This document shows positions 1 to 11,900 of a stretch of 64,000 bases of DNA, piece by piece. The notes under the pieces were generated by a model. The model saw only the letters and a program-made list of their open reading frames with translations. It searched no databases and had not been told where the DNA came from. Numbering within the stretch: position 1 is the stretch's first letter; every line of letters begins with the position of its first letter. Origin of the DNA: Eledone cirrhosa. Taxonomy: Eukaryota. The position numbers were made by a program, and so were the translations under genes. The DNA lies in NCBI GenBank assembly GCA_964016885.1, contig OZ024743.1:93310001-93374000 (forward strand). Direction: 5' to 3'.

Positions 1-1072
1 TTCGGTCCTCAGCCCGCTCTTGTTCATTATAGTCCTCCAAGCCATAACAGAGAAGTTTAAGACTGGCTGTCCATGGGAACTTCTCTATGCTGACGATCTG
101 GTTCTTATAGCAGAATCAGTAGAGGAGCTAGAGAATAAATTCTGGCTATGGAAACAGCAGTTGGAAGCAAGAGGACTGAGAGTGAATCTAGCTAAGACAA
201 AAGTGTTGATGAGTAGAAAAGAGGACAAAACCCTGATTCCGTCAGGGAAATGGCCATGTTCGATATGCAGAAAAGGAACTGGCATAAATTCTATAAAATG
301 CACACAATGCAGATCCTGGGTACACAGGAGATGTAGCGGGATAGCAGGCAACCTAACAGCTAGGGAGAAATATGTATGCAGTAGATGTACAGGGAAATTA
401 GACAGTAGAAGTCGCATTGATAGACACATATTTCAAATGCAGGAGGGCGCTATAGAAGTGGTGGATAGCTTCCGGTACCTAGGAGATCAGATTAGCATGG
501 GAGGAGGGTGTTCCGTGGCCATAGTATCTAGAATAAGGACGGGTTGGAAGAAGTTTAGGGAGCTGCTTCATCTGTTGACGAAGAAGGGTTTCTCCCTGCG
601 TACGAAAGGCCGGTTGTACGATGCCTGTGTGAGGAGCGCGATGCTGCATGGTAGTGAGACATGGGCAGCAGCTGCAGAGGATATGCGACGGCTGGAGAGA
701 AATGAGGCAAGCATGCTCCGTTGGATGTGCAGTGTAAATGTGCGTGAACGACCCAGCATAAATATGTTGAGAGAGAAACTGTGTCTGAGAGGGATAGAAT
801 GTAGTGTACGGGAGAGGAGACTGAGGTGGTATGGACATGTGATGCGCATGGAGGATGACCGATGGGTGAAGAAGTGCCAGGAATTGCCAGTTGAAGGAAG
901 ACGTGGTAGAGGTAGACCACGAAAAACATGGGCGGAGGTGGTGGGAACAGACCTCAGATCATTGAAGCTCACGGTGGGGATGACGAGGGACCGTGACGAG
1001 TGGAGAGATGCTGAATAAGACCCGTCCCACCCTTGCAAGCAGGGAAAAGCGGACGTAAAATGATGATGATGA
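1..1072 (+). mobile_element. RTE-clade LINE family A, 3' part (RT, PHD insertion, C-terminus, (GAT)n tail); begins before the window
   Basis: ORF 20-1018 has LLYADD, FRYLG and RRLRWYGHV and is near-identical to 11402-12476. A 5-nt deletion near 1010 shifts the last codons. GATGATGAT tail at 1060-1072. Confidence 0.95.
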
Positions 1073-1193
1073 TTTATATGAGATATATATATATATATCA
1101 TATATATATATATATCATATATATATATATATCATATATATATATATATCATATATATATATATATATCATATATATATATATATATCATATA

Positions 1194-1600
1194 TACGATA
1201 TTAAACAAATGGAAACTATATTTATAAAACCATATTTATTTCATTATATATATTTCTGGGATATCATATTAAAAATATGGTATGCCTTCCTCAGACAAAA
1301 TACAATATATAAGCCGTTTTATAAATCCCAAATCAACTTTTTAAATGGAAGTTGCATTATTTTAAGGTATGTCAAATTTATTTATAAAACGGCTTATATA
1401 TTGTATTTTGTCTGAGGAAGGCATACCATATTTTTAATATGATATCCCAGAAATATATATAATGAAATAAATATGGTTTTATAAATATAGTTTCCATTTG
1501 TTTAATATCGTAAACCTACTCCAAAACCTGTTGAGTGCTTTTATATCAGTTATAAAATATTTACTCGTTGTAACCCAACAATTTTAAATAAAACTTTTGC
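1194..1600 (+). mobile_element. ORF-less Penelope-type pseudo-LTR fold-back (133-bp inverted arms 1194-1326 and 1380-1512)
   Basis: Near-perfect inverted repeat with a 53-nt spacer. Each arm holds a hammerhead core. The downstream ACTCCA..CTGTTGAGTGCTT motif is shared with the pLTRs at 20998 and 33617. Confidence 0.75.
1381..1485 (+). ncRNA. Minimal hammerhead ribozyme (a mirror copy lies on the minus strand at ~1221-1325)
   Basis: TATTTTGT-CTGAGGA(1412-1418)-stem II-GAAA(1450-1453)-T ATAT ATA-ATGAAATA. Stem I pairs over 8 bp and extends further. Stem III is the palindrome ATATATAT. Stem II has mismatches. Confidence 0.65.
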
Positions 1601-1704
1601 ATATATCATATATATATATATATATATATCATATATATATATATAGTATACTAGGATCGGAATTAAGAGTATTCTGCAGTTCACAGTAATAATAATATTA
1701 GTTA

Positions 1705-1852
1705 TGTATAGAAAACAATATCTACAGGTTTAGCAATTAAATAGAAAAAAACCTAAGTCAGAATCAAATCTCTGAAGTAGAGTTTTAAATTGATTCTGAA
1801 TTAGGTTTTTTTCTATTTAATTGCTAAACCTGTAGATATTGTTTTCTATACA
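1705..1852. repeat. 63-bp inverted repeat (hairpin) with a 22-nt spacer
   Basis: Arms 1705-1767 and 1790-1852, one mismatch seen. Confidence 0.85.
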
Positions 1853-1941
1853 GTAACGGTAAAAATCACTTGTAATAATTCTTTACACACATTTCACTGT
1901 GTAACACACTTCTATTTCTGTAATATATTTGTATATATAAT

Positions 1942-1973
<32 letters not shown>

Positions 1974-2112
1974 ATATATATATATCATATATATAATATA
2001 TATATATATAATATATATATATATAATATATATATATATCATATATATATATATCATATATATATATATAATATATATATATAATATATATATCATATAT
2101 ATATATAATATA

Positions 2113-3641
2113 TCATCATCATCATCATCATCGTTTAACGTCCATCTTCCAGCTTGCTTGGGTTTGGACGGGAGTTTTGCCACTTGAGGCAAGATTGGTT
2201 GTCCTGTTCGTATAGGACTGTCTGGCGGGTTTTCTACGGCTGGATGCCCTTCCTAACACCAACCACGTTTACAGTGTGGACTGGGAGGTTTTTACCATGT
2301 TGCCTACATGACCACGTTACAGCGTGGACTGTGTGTTTTTTTGTCGTGACACCTACACGTCTGGCGGGTTTTCTACAGCTGGGTTTCCTTCCTAACACCA
2401 ACCACATTTACAGTGTGGACTGGGAGGTTTTTACCGTGTTACCTACACGGCCACATTACAGCGTGTACTGTGTGTTTTTTTTGTCGTGATGACATCTACA
2501 CAACCTCATTTGTTTCAGACTGGATGTTGTGGTACCAACATAACTTCACATTTAAGGTTTCGCTTTGTACTTAGGCAAGGCGGGTCTTCTGTATTACTGT
2601 GTAGCGCCAAAGATCTCGGTCCAGTGACATTGTCTTGGAGAGGTGTAAGTGTGTGAGGTCGGAATTTATCAAGTCGTCCCAGGTTTTTCTGGGTCTGCTT
2701 ACTCCGTGGCTACTGTCTATTTTTATCGCCCTGCACTTTTTTATACAGCTGTCGTCTTTCATGCGCATCACGTGACCGTACCAACGTAGTCTTCTCTCGA
2801 GTAAACAACATCTGATCCTTCTTATTCCTAATTTCTCCCTTAGTTCGTTTAAGCTTTGCCGTTCACGTATATTACTAGTACACATCCAGCGGAGCATGCA
2901 AGCTTCGTTTCTCTCCAGTCTGCGTAGATTCTCTGCACACAATGCCCAGGGCTCACTGCCATGTAACATTGCTGTTCGTATGCAGGCATCATACAGCCTG
3001 CCTTTCATTTTTAGATAGAACCCTTTAGCGGCCAATAGTGGTATAAGCTCTCTGAACTTTTTCCATCCAGTTCTGACTCTAGCTACTGTACTTTCAGAGC
3101 ACCCTCCACCATTGCTGATTTTGTCACCCAGGTAACGGAAGGTGTCCACTATTTCTATAGAACCATCTGTCCAATGGAATGAGCTAGTATTCTGTGGGCA
3201 CTTGCTGCTACTTATTGCACCTGAGCACCGGCCACATATAAAATCTATATTCTTAGTTAGCTTACCTGTGATCCCACTACATTTTTTATGCACCCATACT
3301 TTGCATTTGGGACATAAAATGGAGTTTCTGCCTACTCCTTTCCTTCCTACAAACTAGAACTTTAGTCTTAGACAGGTTAATTTTAAGGCCTTTTGATTCT
3401 AGGCCATGCTTCCATGTTTGGAATTTCTTCTCTAGTTCAGCCATTGATTCAGCTATGAGCGTTAGATCATCTGCGTATAGGAGTTCCCATGGGCAGCCGG
3501 TCTTAAACTCCTCTGTTATAGCCTGAAAGGCAATAATAAATAGTAGGGGGTTAAGAACAGAGCCCTGATGAACACCAACTTTTACGCTAAACTCTTCACT
3601 ATATTCGTTGTTAATTCTAACCTTGCTGACTGTTTCTTTAT
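2113..3641 (-). mobile_element. RTE family B, 5'-truncated, with internal deletions
   Basis: ORF pieces 3286-3645 and 2571-3293 (YADD, FRYLG). A ~50-nt deletion at ~3345 lies between TTCCTAC microhomologies. (CAT)n tail at 2113-2131. Confidence 0.95.
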
Positions 3642-3809
3642 ACATATATATATATGATATATATATATATGATATATATATATATATATGATATATATAT
3701 ATGATATATATATATATATATGATATATATATATATATATGATATATATATATATATATGATATATATATATATATATGATATATATATGATATATATAT
3801 ATATATATG

Positions 3810-3840
<31 letters not shown>

Positions 3841-3952
3841 ATGGTATATATATTTATATGGTATATATATTTATATGATATATATATATATGATATATAT
3901 ATATGGTATATATATATATGGTATATATATATATGATATATATATATATATA

Positions 3953-4408
3953 TGTAGCGGAGATTCATTTGGTCTCCTAGTTAGAATTTTAGTCTACGAC
4001 TTCTGCTATACCATTTACGTGGTTGTGTCTTTGTATGCTATTGTTCTCCACGCTCCACATATGACGTATTATCTTCGTTTTTTCGTTCATTGCCAGAGAA
4101 CGTCTCTATGCACCACCTAAGAGAACATTAGTCTATGACCTCTTTTATACCATAAACGTGGTTCTGTCTTTGCGCGTAATTGTTTTTCACCACTCTTATT
4201 AATGATGTATTATTCGTTCTTTAACGTTCTTTGCCAGCGAACGTTACCACGAACAAAAGTATTGACTTCCTGTCTTCCTCCGGTTGCAACGTTTTTTGAA
4301 ATATCCAGTTCTGCGTTTACAGATTGACTTTGTTAGTTTCAGAAGATCCCGTTAAGTGTGAAAGCAGCGATTCTTTGCTTAAACTTTAATCTGTTATTTT
4401 AATAAATA
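3953..4408 (+). mobile_element. Probable LTR fragment bounded by TA tracts
   Basis: Starts TGTAGCGG, like the LTR at 57311-56946 (minus strand). Has a diverged internal ~140-bp duplication and AATAAA near the end. No CA terminus seen. Confidence 0.4.
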
Positions 4409-4410
4409 TA

Positions 4411-4472
<62 letters not shown>

Positions 4473-4775
4473 TATATATATATCATATATATATATCATA
4501 TATATATATCATATATATATATCATATATATATCATATATATATATCATATATATATATCATATATATATATCATATATATATATCATATATATATATCA
4601 TATATATATATATATATCATATATATATATCATATACATATATCATATATATATATCATATATATATATCATATATATATATATCATATATATATATATC
4701 ATATATATATATCATATATATATATATCATATATATATCATATATATATATCATATATATATATCATATATATAT

Positions 4776-4806
<31 letters not shown>

Positions 4807-4869
4807 CATATATATATATCATATACATATATCATATACATATATCATATATATATATCATATATATAT

Positions 4870-4908
<39 letters not shown>

Positions 4909-5012
4909 TATATATATATATATCATATATATATATCATATATATATATCATATATATATATCATATATATATCATATATATATATATCATATATATATA
5001 TCATATATATAT

Positions 5013-5043
<31 letters not shown>

Positions 5044-5211
5044 CATATATATATATATATATCATATATATATATCATATATATATATATATCATATATA
5101 TATATCATATATATATATATATCATATATATATATGTATATATATTATATATATATATATCATATATATATATATATCATATATATATATGTATATATAT
5201 TATATATATAT

Positions 5212-5283
<72 letters not shown>

Positions 5284-5384
5284 TATATATATATATCATA
5301 TATATATATCATATATATATATGATATATATATATGATATATATATATGATATATATATATATCATATATATATATATATATAT

Positions 5385-5419
<35 letters not shown>

Positions 5420-5584
5420 TATATATATCATATATATATATCATATATATATATATCATATATATATATATTATATATATATATCTATATATATATCATA
5501 TATATATATCATATATATATATCATATATATATATCATATACATATATCATATATATATATCATATATATATCATATATATATC

Positions 5585-5617
<33 letters not shown>

Positions 5618-5683
5618 TCATATATATATATATCATATATATATATCATATATATATATAATATATATATATCATATATATAT
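4409..5683. repeat. Punctuated (TA)n microsatellite ((TA)nTCA units)
   Basis: Seen directly. Confidence 0.95.
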
Positions 5684-7655
5684 ATCATCATCATCATCAT
5701 CATCATCATCAGGTTTAGCGTCCGTGTTCCACGCTTGCATGGGTTTGGACGGGGGTTTTCCCACTTGAGGCAAGAGTGGTTGTCTTGCTCGCATAGGACT
5801 GTCTGGCGGGTTTTCTACAGTTGGGTGCCCTTCCTAACACCAACCACATTTACAGTGTGGGGCTGGGAGGTTTTTACCGTGTTGCCTACACGGCCACATT
5901 ACAGCGTGGACTGTCTGGCGGGTTTTCTACAGCTGGATGCCCTTCCTAACACCAACCACATTTACAGTGTGGGGCTGGGAGGTTTTTACCGTGTTGCCTA
6001 CACGGCCACATTTACAGCGTGTACTGTGTGTTTTTTGTCGTGACACCTACACGATATCATTTGTTTCGGCCTGGATGTTGTGGGACCAACATAACTTTAC
6101 ATTGAAAGGGGCGGTGTGGGTGGGGTGGAGGTGGTGGGACGGGGGTGTGTTTTGATAGAGATGCCTACTGACTGTAGTAGGTTTTTACTTTGTATTTAGG
6201 TAAGGCGGGTCTTCTCTATTACTGAGTACCGCCAAAGGTCTCGGTCCAGTGACATTGTCTTGGAGAGGTGTAAGCGTGTGAGGTCGGAATTTATCAGCTC
6301 GTCCCATGTTTTTCTGGGTCTGCCTACTCCGTGGCTACCGTCTATCTTTATTGCCCTGCACTTTGTTATACAGCTGTCGTCTTTCGTGCGCATCACGTGA
6401 CCGTACCAACGTAGCCTTCTCTCGAGTAAACAACATCTGATCCCTCTTATTTCTAATTTTTTCCTTAGTTCGTTTATGCTTTGCCGTTCACGTATATTAC
6501 TATTGCACATCCAGCGGAGCATGCAAGCTTCGTTCCTCTCTAGTCTGCGTATATCCTCTGCACACAATGCCCAGGTCTCACTGCCATGCAGCATTGCTGT
6601 TCGTATGCAGGCATCGTATAACCTGCCTTTCATTTTTAGGGAGAACCCTCTAGCGGCTAATAGTGGTATAAGCTCTCTGAACTTTTTCCATCCAGTTCTG
6701 ACTCTAGCTACTGTACTTTCAGAGCACCCTCTCTCACTGCTGATTTTGTCACCCAGATAACGGAAGCTGTCCACTATTTCTATAGAACCCTCTGCGCAGT
6801 TGAAGGAGCTAGTATTTTGTGGGCACTTGCTGCTACTTATTGCACCAGAGCACCGGCCACATGTAAAATCTATGTTCTTAGTTAGCTTACCTGTGATCCC
6901 ACTACATCTTTTATGCACCCATACTTTGCATTTGGGACATAAAATGGAGTTTCTACCTACGCCTTTCCTACACACTGAGCATGGCCATTTCCCCGATGGG
7001 ACCGCCGCCTTATTTTCTTTCCTACAAACTAGAACTTTAGTCTTAGCCAGGTTAATTTTAAGGCCTTTTGATTCTAGGCCGTGCTTCCACGTTTGGAATT
7101 TCTTCTCTAGTTCGGTCATTGATTCAGCTATGAGCGTTAGATCATCTGCGTATAGGAGTTCCCATGGGCAGCCGGTCTTGAACTCCTCTGTTATAGCCTG
7201 AAGGGCAATAATAAATAGTAGGGGGCTAAGTACAGAGCCCTGATGGACACCAACTTTTACGCTAAACTCTTCACTATATTCGTTGTTAATTCTAACCTTA
7301 CTGACTGTTTCTTTATACATGGCTTGTATAGCTCTCACAAGCCATTCGTCAACACCTAGTTTTCTAAGAGACCACCAGATAATGGAACGGGGGACTCTGT
7401 CGAAGGCTTTCTCCAAGTCGACAAAAGCTAAGTATAGGGGTTTACTTTTAGCTAGGTACTTCTCCTGTAGTTGTCGTACAATGAAAAGAGCGTCTGTGGT
7501 ACTTTTGCCTGACACAAACCCGAACTGCATTTCATCTAGATCAATTCTCTCTCTGATTAGTTGCGCTATTACTTTTTCCGTGACCTTCATGACCTGGTCG
7601 ATTAATTTAATGCCTCTATAGTTACTCCTATCTAGGGCATCTCCTTTTCCCTTAT
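5684..7655 (-). mobile_element. RTE family B, 5'-truncated at the start of RT; RT-to-C-terminus frame open
   Basis: ORF 6196-7722 from KGKGD onward (DLEKAFDRV, QGSVLSP, YADD). 3' UTR has a duplicated module. (CAT)n tail. Confidence 0.95.
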
Positions 7656-7952
7656 GATATATATATATATATATATCATATATATCATATATATATATAT
7701 CATATATATATATATATATCATATATATATCATATATATATATATATCATATATATATATATATATATCATATATATATATATCATATATATATATATAT
7801 TCCATATATATATGATATATATATATGATATATATATATATATATATATATGATATATATATATGATATATATATATATATATATATATGATATATATAT
7901 ATGGTATATATATATATATATGATATATATATATATATGATATATATATATG

Positions 7953-7987
<35 letters not shown>

Positions 7988-8028
7988 CTATATATATATA
8001 TATATATATAATATATATATATCATATC

Positions 8029-8059
<31 letters not shown>

Positions 8060-8100
8060 TATATCATATATATATGTATATATATATATAATATATATAT

Positions 8101-8144
<44 letters not shown>

Positions 8145-8264
8145 TATATATATCATATATATATATATATAATATATATATATCATATATATATATAATA
8201 TATATATATCATATATCATATATATATATAATATATATATATCATATATATATATATATATATC

Positions 8265-8296
<32 letters not shown>

Positions 8297-8902
8297 TATA
8301 TCATATATATATATATATAATATATATATATCATATATATATATATATATATATATATCATATATATATATATAATATATATATATCATATATATATATA
8401 TCATATATATATATATATCATATATATATATCATATATATATCATATATATATATCATATATATATATATCATATATATATATCATATATATATATATAT
8501 CATATGTATATATATATATAATATATATATAATATATATATATCATATATATATATATATAATATATATATAATATATATATATCATATATATATATCAT
8601 ATATATATATATATATATATATCATATATATATATATATATATATATATGATATATATATATATATATCATATATATATATATATATGATATATATATAT
8701 ATATATGATATATATATATATATATATGATATATATATATTATATATATATTATATATATATATGATATATATATATTATATATATATTATATATATATA
8801 TGATATATATATATGATATATATATATTATATATATATGATATATATATATGATATATATATATTATATATATATTATATATATATGATATATATATATA
8901 TG

Positions 8903-8933
<31 letters not shown>

Positions 8934-8956
8934 ATATATATATATATATATATATC
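7656..8956. repeat. Punctuated (TA)n tract with polarity switches
   Basis: TCA-type and TGA-type blocks; mirrored variant pattern around 8650-8690. Confidence 0.9.
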
Positions 8957-11900
8957 ATGGGAAAGGTCAACAGTTGACATGATATTGATTTTGATTTTGA
9001 TTTGATGATTTTGATTTTGATTTTGTATCAGTACTGTCGGTAATATATGTATATATATGTGTGTTTGTGAGTGGTGTGTGTGATTGTATGCATGAATGAG
9101 TGTTGGTATCTGTGGCGTGTGATTGGTTGTGGTTTGTATGCATGAGTATTGGTGTGTGAGTGTTTGTGTGTGCGTCGTGTCAAAAAGTTTTTTTTTTTTT
9201 AATGACCATGCTGTAAAATGGAGGGGTAGAGAGGGCCCTTGAGTCTAGTAAGACATCCTCTCTAGTGCTGGTGGCACAAATAAAAGCACCCAGTCCATGC
9301 TGTAAAGTGGCGCTGGTGTTAGGAAGGGCATCCAACCAGTGTATCAATGCCAAAACGCTTATCAGCACAGCAACAAATAGGAACAACAACAAAATATGAA
9401 GACGTCGCATCTCAGAGTTGCAACACTTAATATTGGCACTCTCAGAGGTAGATCTGCTGAAATAGCGGAAATGCTGGAGAGAAGGCAGGTGGATGTGTGC
9501 TGCGTGCAAGAGGTGAGATGGAGAGGTGCCTCTGCGAGACTAGTCGTAGGCAAACATCTTAGCTATAAGCTATTCTGGGTAGGTAAGGATGATGGGTTAG
9601 GGGGAGTAGGCATTTTCCTGGCTGAGAAATGGGTCAATAAGACAATAGAGGTAGTTCGAGTTAGTAATCGAATAATTAAGCTTAGATTAGTTGTAGGTAG
9701 GAGACTACTGACAATCATCTCGGCCTATGCTCCCCAAGCAGGCCTAGGCAAAGATGAGAAAGACTGCTTTTATGAGCAACTTTTGCAAACAACCGCAATG
9801 ACAGAGGACGGAGACATCGTTATGCTAGCAGGAGACTTCAATGGTCATGTTGGACAGCTCCAGGATGGTTACACTGGGGTACATGGTGGGCACGGTTACG
9901 GTTCAAGAAATGAAGAAGGAGTGAGACTTCTTGAATTTTGTGATGCAGGTACATTGACTATTTCCAACACAAACTTCCAGAAACCTGCCAATCACCTAAT
10001 AACCTACAAATCTGGTGAGCACATAAGCCAGATTGACTTCTTACTAGTTAGGCAGCGGGACAGGCAGTTAGTTTCTAATACCAAGGCATACCCTGGGGAA
10101 GAATGTACCCCACAGCATAGGTTAGTTGTTAGTGATATCTCAGTAAGCAAGAGATGGAATGAGACATATAGGAAGGTGTGGAGAAGAAAGGTCTGGAAGC
10201 TAAAAGACCTTTCATTAAAATACAAATTTAGGAAAGCCCTTCAAGATGTATATGACGAAAAAGAAGACGATTTAGAGACGTATGACATAGATAATAACTG
10301 GAATTTCTTACGTGACAACTTGCTGCAGGCTACTGATGAAACTTGTGGCTGGAGCAGAGCTCCAACCAGACAGAGAGTGACCTGGTGGTGGAACAGCACA
10401 GTAGATAAGGCTATTAGAGACAAAGGACTAGCATGGAAGGCTTGGAAAAAGGGTGGGAGTAGGGAAGAATATACAGCCACTAAGAGAGAAGCTAGACGTC
10501 AGGTGTACTTAGCACGCAGGGAGGCAGAGAGTAGGAGGTTTGCCAATGTTCTGCGACGGGAAGATCAGAGGCGTGCGGTGTTCCACATTGCAAGGAAGTG
10601 TGTCAATGCAAATCAGGATGTTGTTGGAGATAAATGTGTCTGGGATGATGCCGGTGTACTTAGTGTCACAAATGATCAGAAAAAGGAGGCCTGGAAATGT
10701 CATTATAAGAGACTGATGAATGTGGAGAACAAATGGGAGAGAGAGAAATTACCCTTGGTAGTTCCGACAGAGGGACCAGCTATTGAGATTGACGAATATA
10801 AGGTCCAAGAGGCGATTAGGGAAATGAAAAATGGTAAGGCTGCCGGACCATCGAGAATAGTTGCTGAGATGCTGAAGGCATCAGGGGACGTAGGCACTAA
10901 ACTGGTTGCACGCATCATCAATCAGGCTATATATGGTGGTGTCATACCCAAAGACTGGTGCAGCAGTATTCTCATAAATTGCTACAAAGGTAAAGGGGAT
11001 ACTTTGGAGAGGAGCAATTATAGGGGTATAAAACTGATAGATCAGGTTATGAAAGTGGCAGAAAGGATTTTAGCACAACTAATTAGAGAAAGGGTCAAAC
11101 TAGATGAGATGCAGTTTGGCTTTGTGCCTGGGAAGAGTACAACAGATGCCCTCTTCTTGGTGAGACAAATGCAAGATAGGTTCTTAGAGAAGAATAAGCC
11201 ACTATACTTAGCCTTTGTTGACCTAGAGAAGGCCTTTGATAGGGTACCCCGATCTGTCATCTGGTGGTCCCTAAGGAAGCTAGGTGTTGAGGAATGGCTT
11301 GTGAGGACAGTGCAAACTTTGTACAGAGGTACTCTCAGTAAAGTGAGGGTAGGAATGGAGTTTAGTAAGGAATTCCAGATACAAGTAGGAGAACATCAGG
11401 GTTCGGTCCTCAGCCCGCTCTTGTTCATTATAGTCCTCCAAGCCATAACAGAGGAGTTTAAGACTGGCTGTCCATGGGAACTTCTCTATGCTGACGATCT
11501 GGTTCTTATAGCAGAATCAGTAGAGGAGCTAGAGAATAAATTCTGGCTATGGAAACAGCAGTTGGAGGCAAGAGGACTGAGAGTGAATCTAGCTAAGACA
11601 AAAGTGTTGATGAGTAGTAAAGAGGAGAAAACCCTGATTCCGTCAGGGAAATGGCGATGTTCGATATGCAGAAAAGGAACTGGCATAAATTCTATAAAAT
11701 GCACACAATGCAGATCCTGGGTACACAAGAGATGTAGCGGGATAGCAGGCAAACTAACAGGTAGGGAGAAATATGTATGCAGTAGATGTACAGGGAAATT
11801 AGACAGTAGAAGTCGCACTGATAGACACATTTTTCAAATGCAAGAGGGCGCTATAGAAGTGGTGGATAGCTTCCGGTACCTAGGAGATCAGATTAGCATG

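Noticed and set aside
85-1101. Recurrent antisense ORFs over RTE copies
   Set aside because: Shadows of the RT frame; they recur only because the element is repeated and show no domain signal.
2190-2500. Regularly spaced repeats resembling a CRISPR array
   Set aside because: These are RTE 3' UTR modules with homologous intervening sequence; no cas genes, and the context is eukaryotic.
8957-9395. HDV-like or twister ribozyme in the RTE-A leader, as reported for some RTEs
   Set aside because: I could not fit either consensus by eye; an Infernal or RNArobo search is needed.
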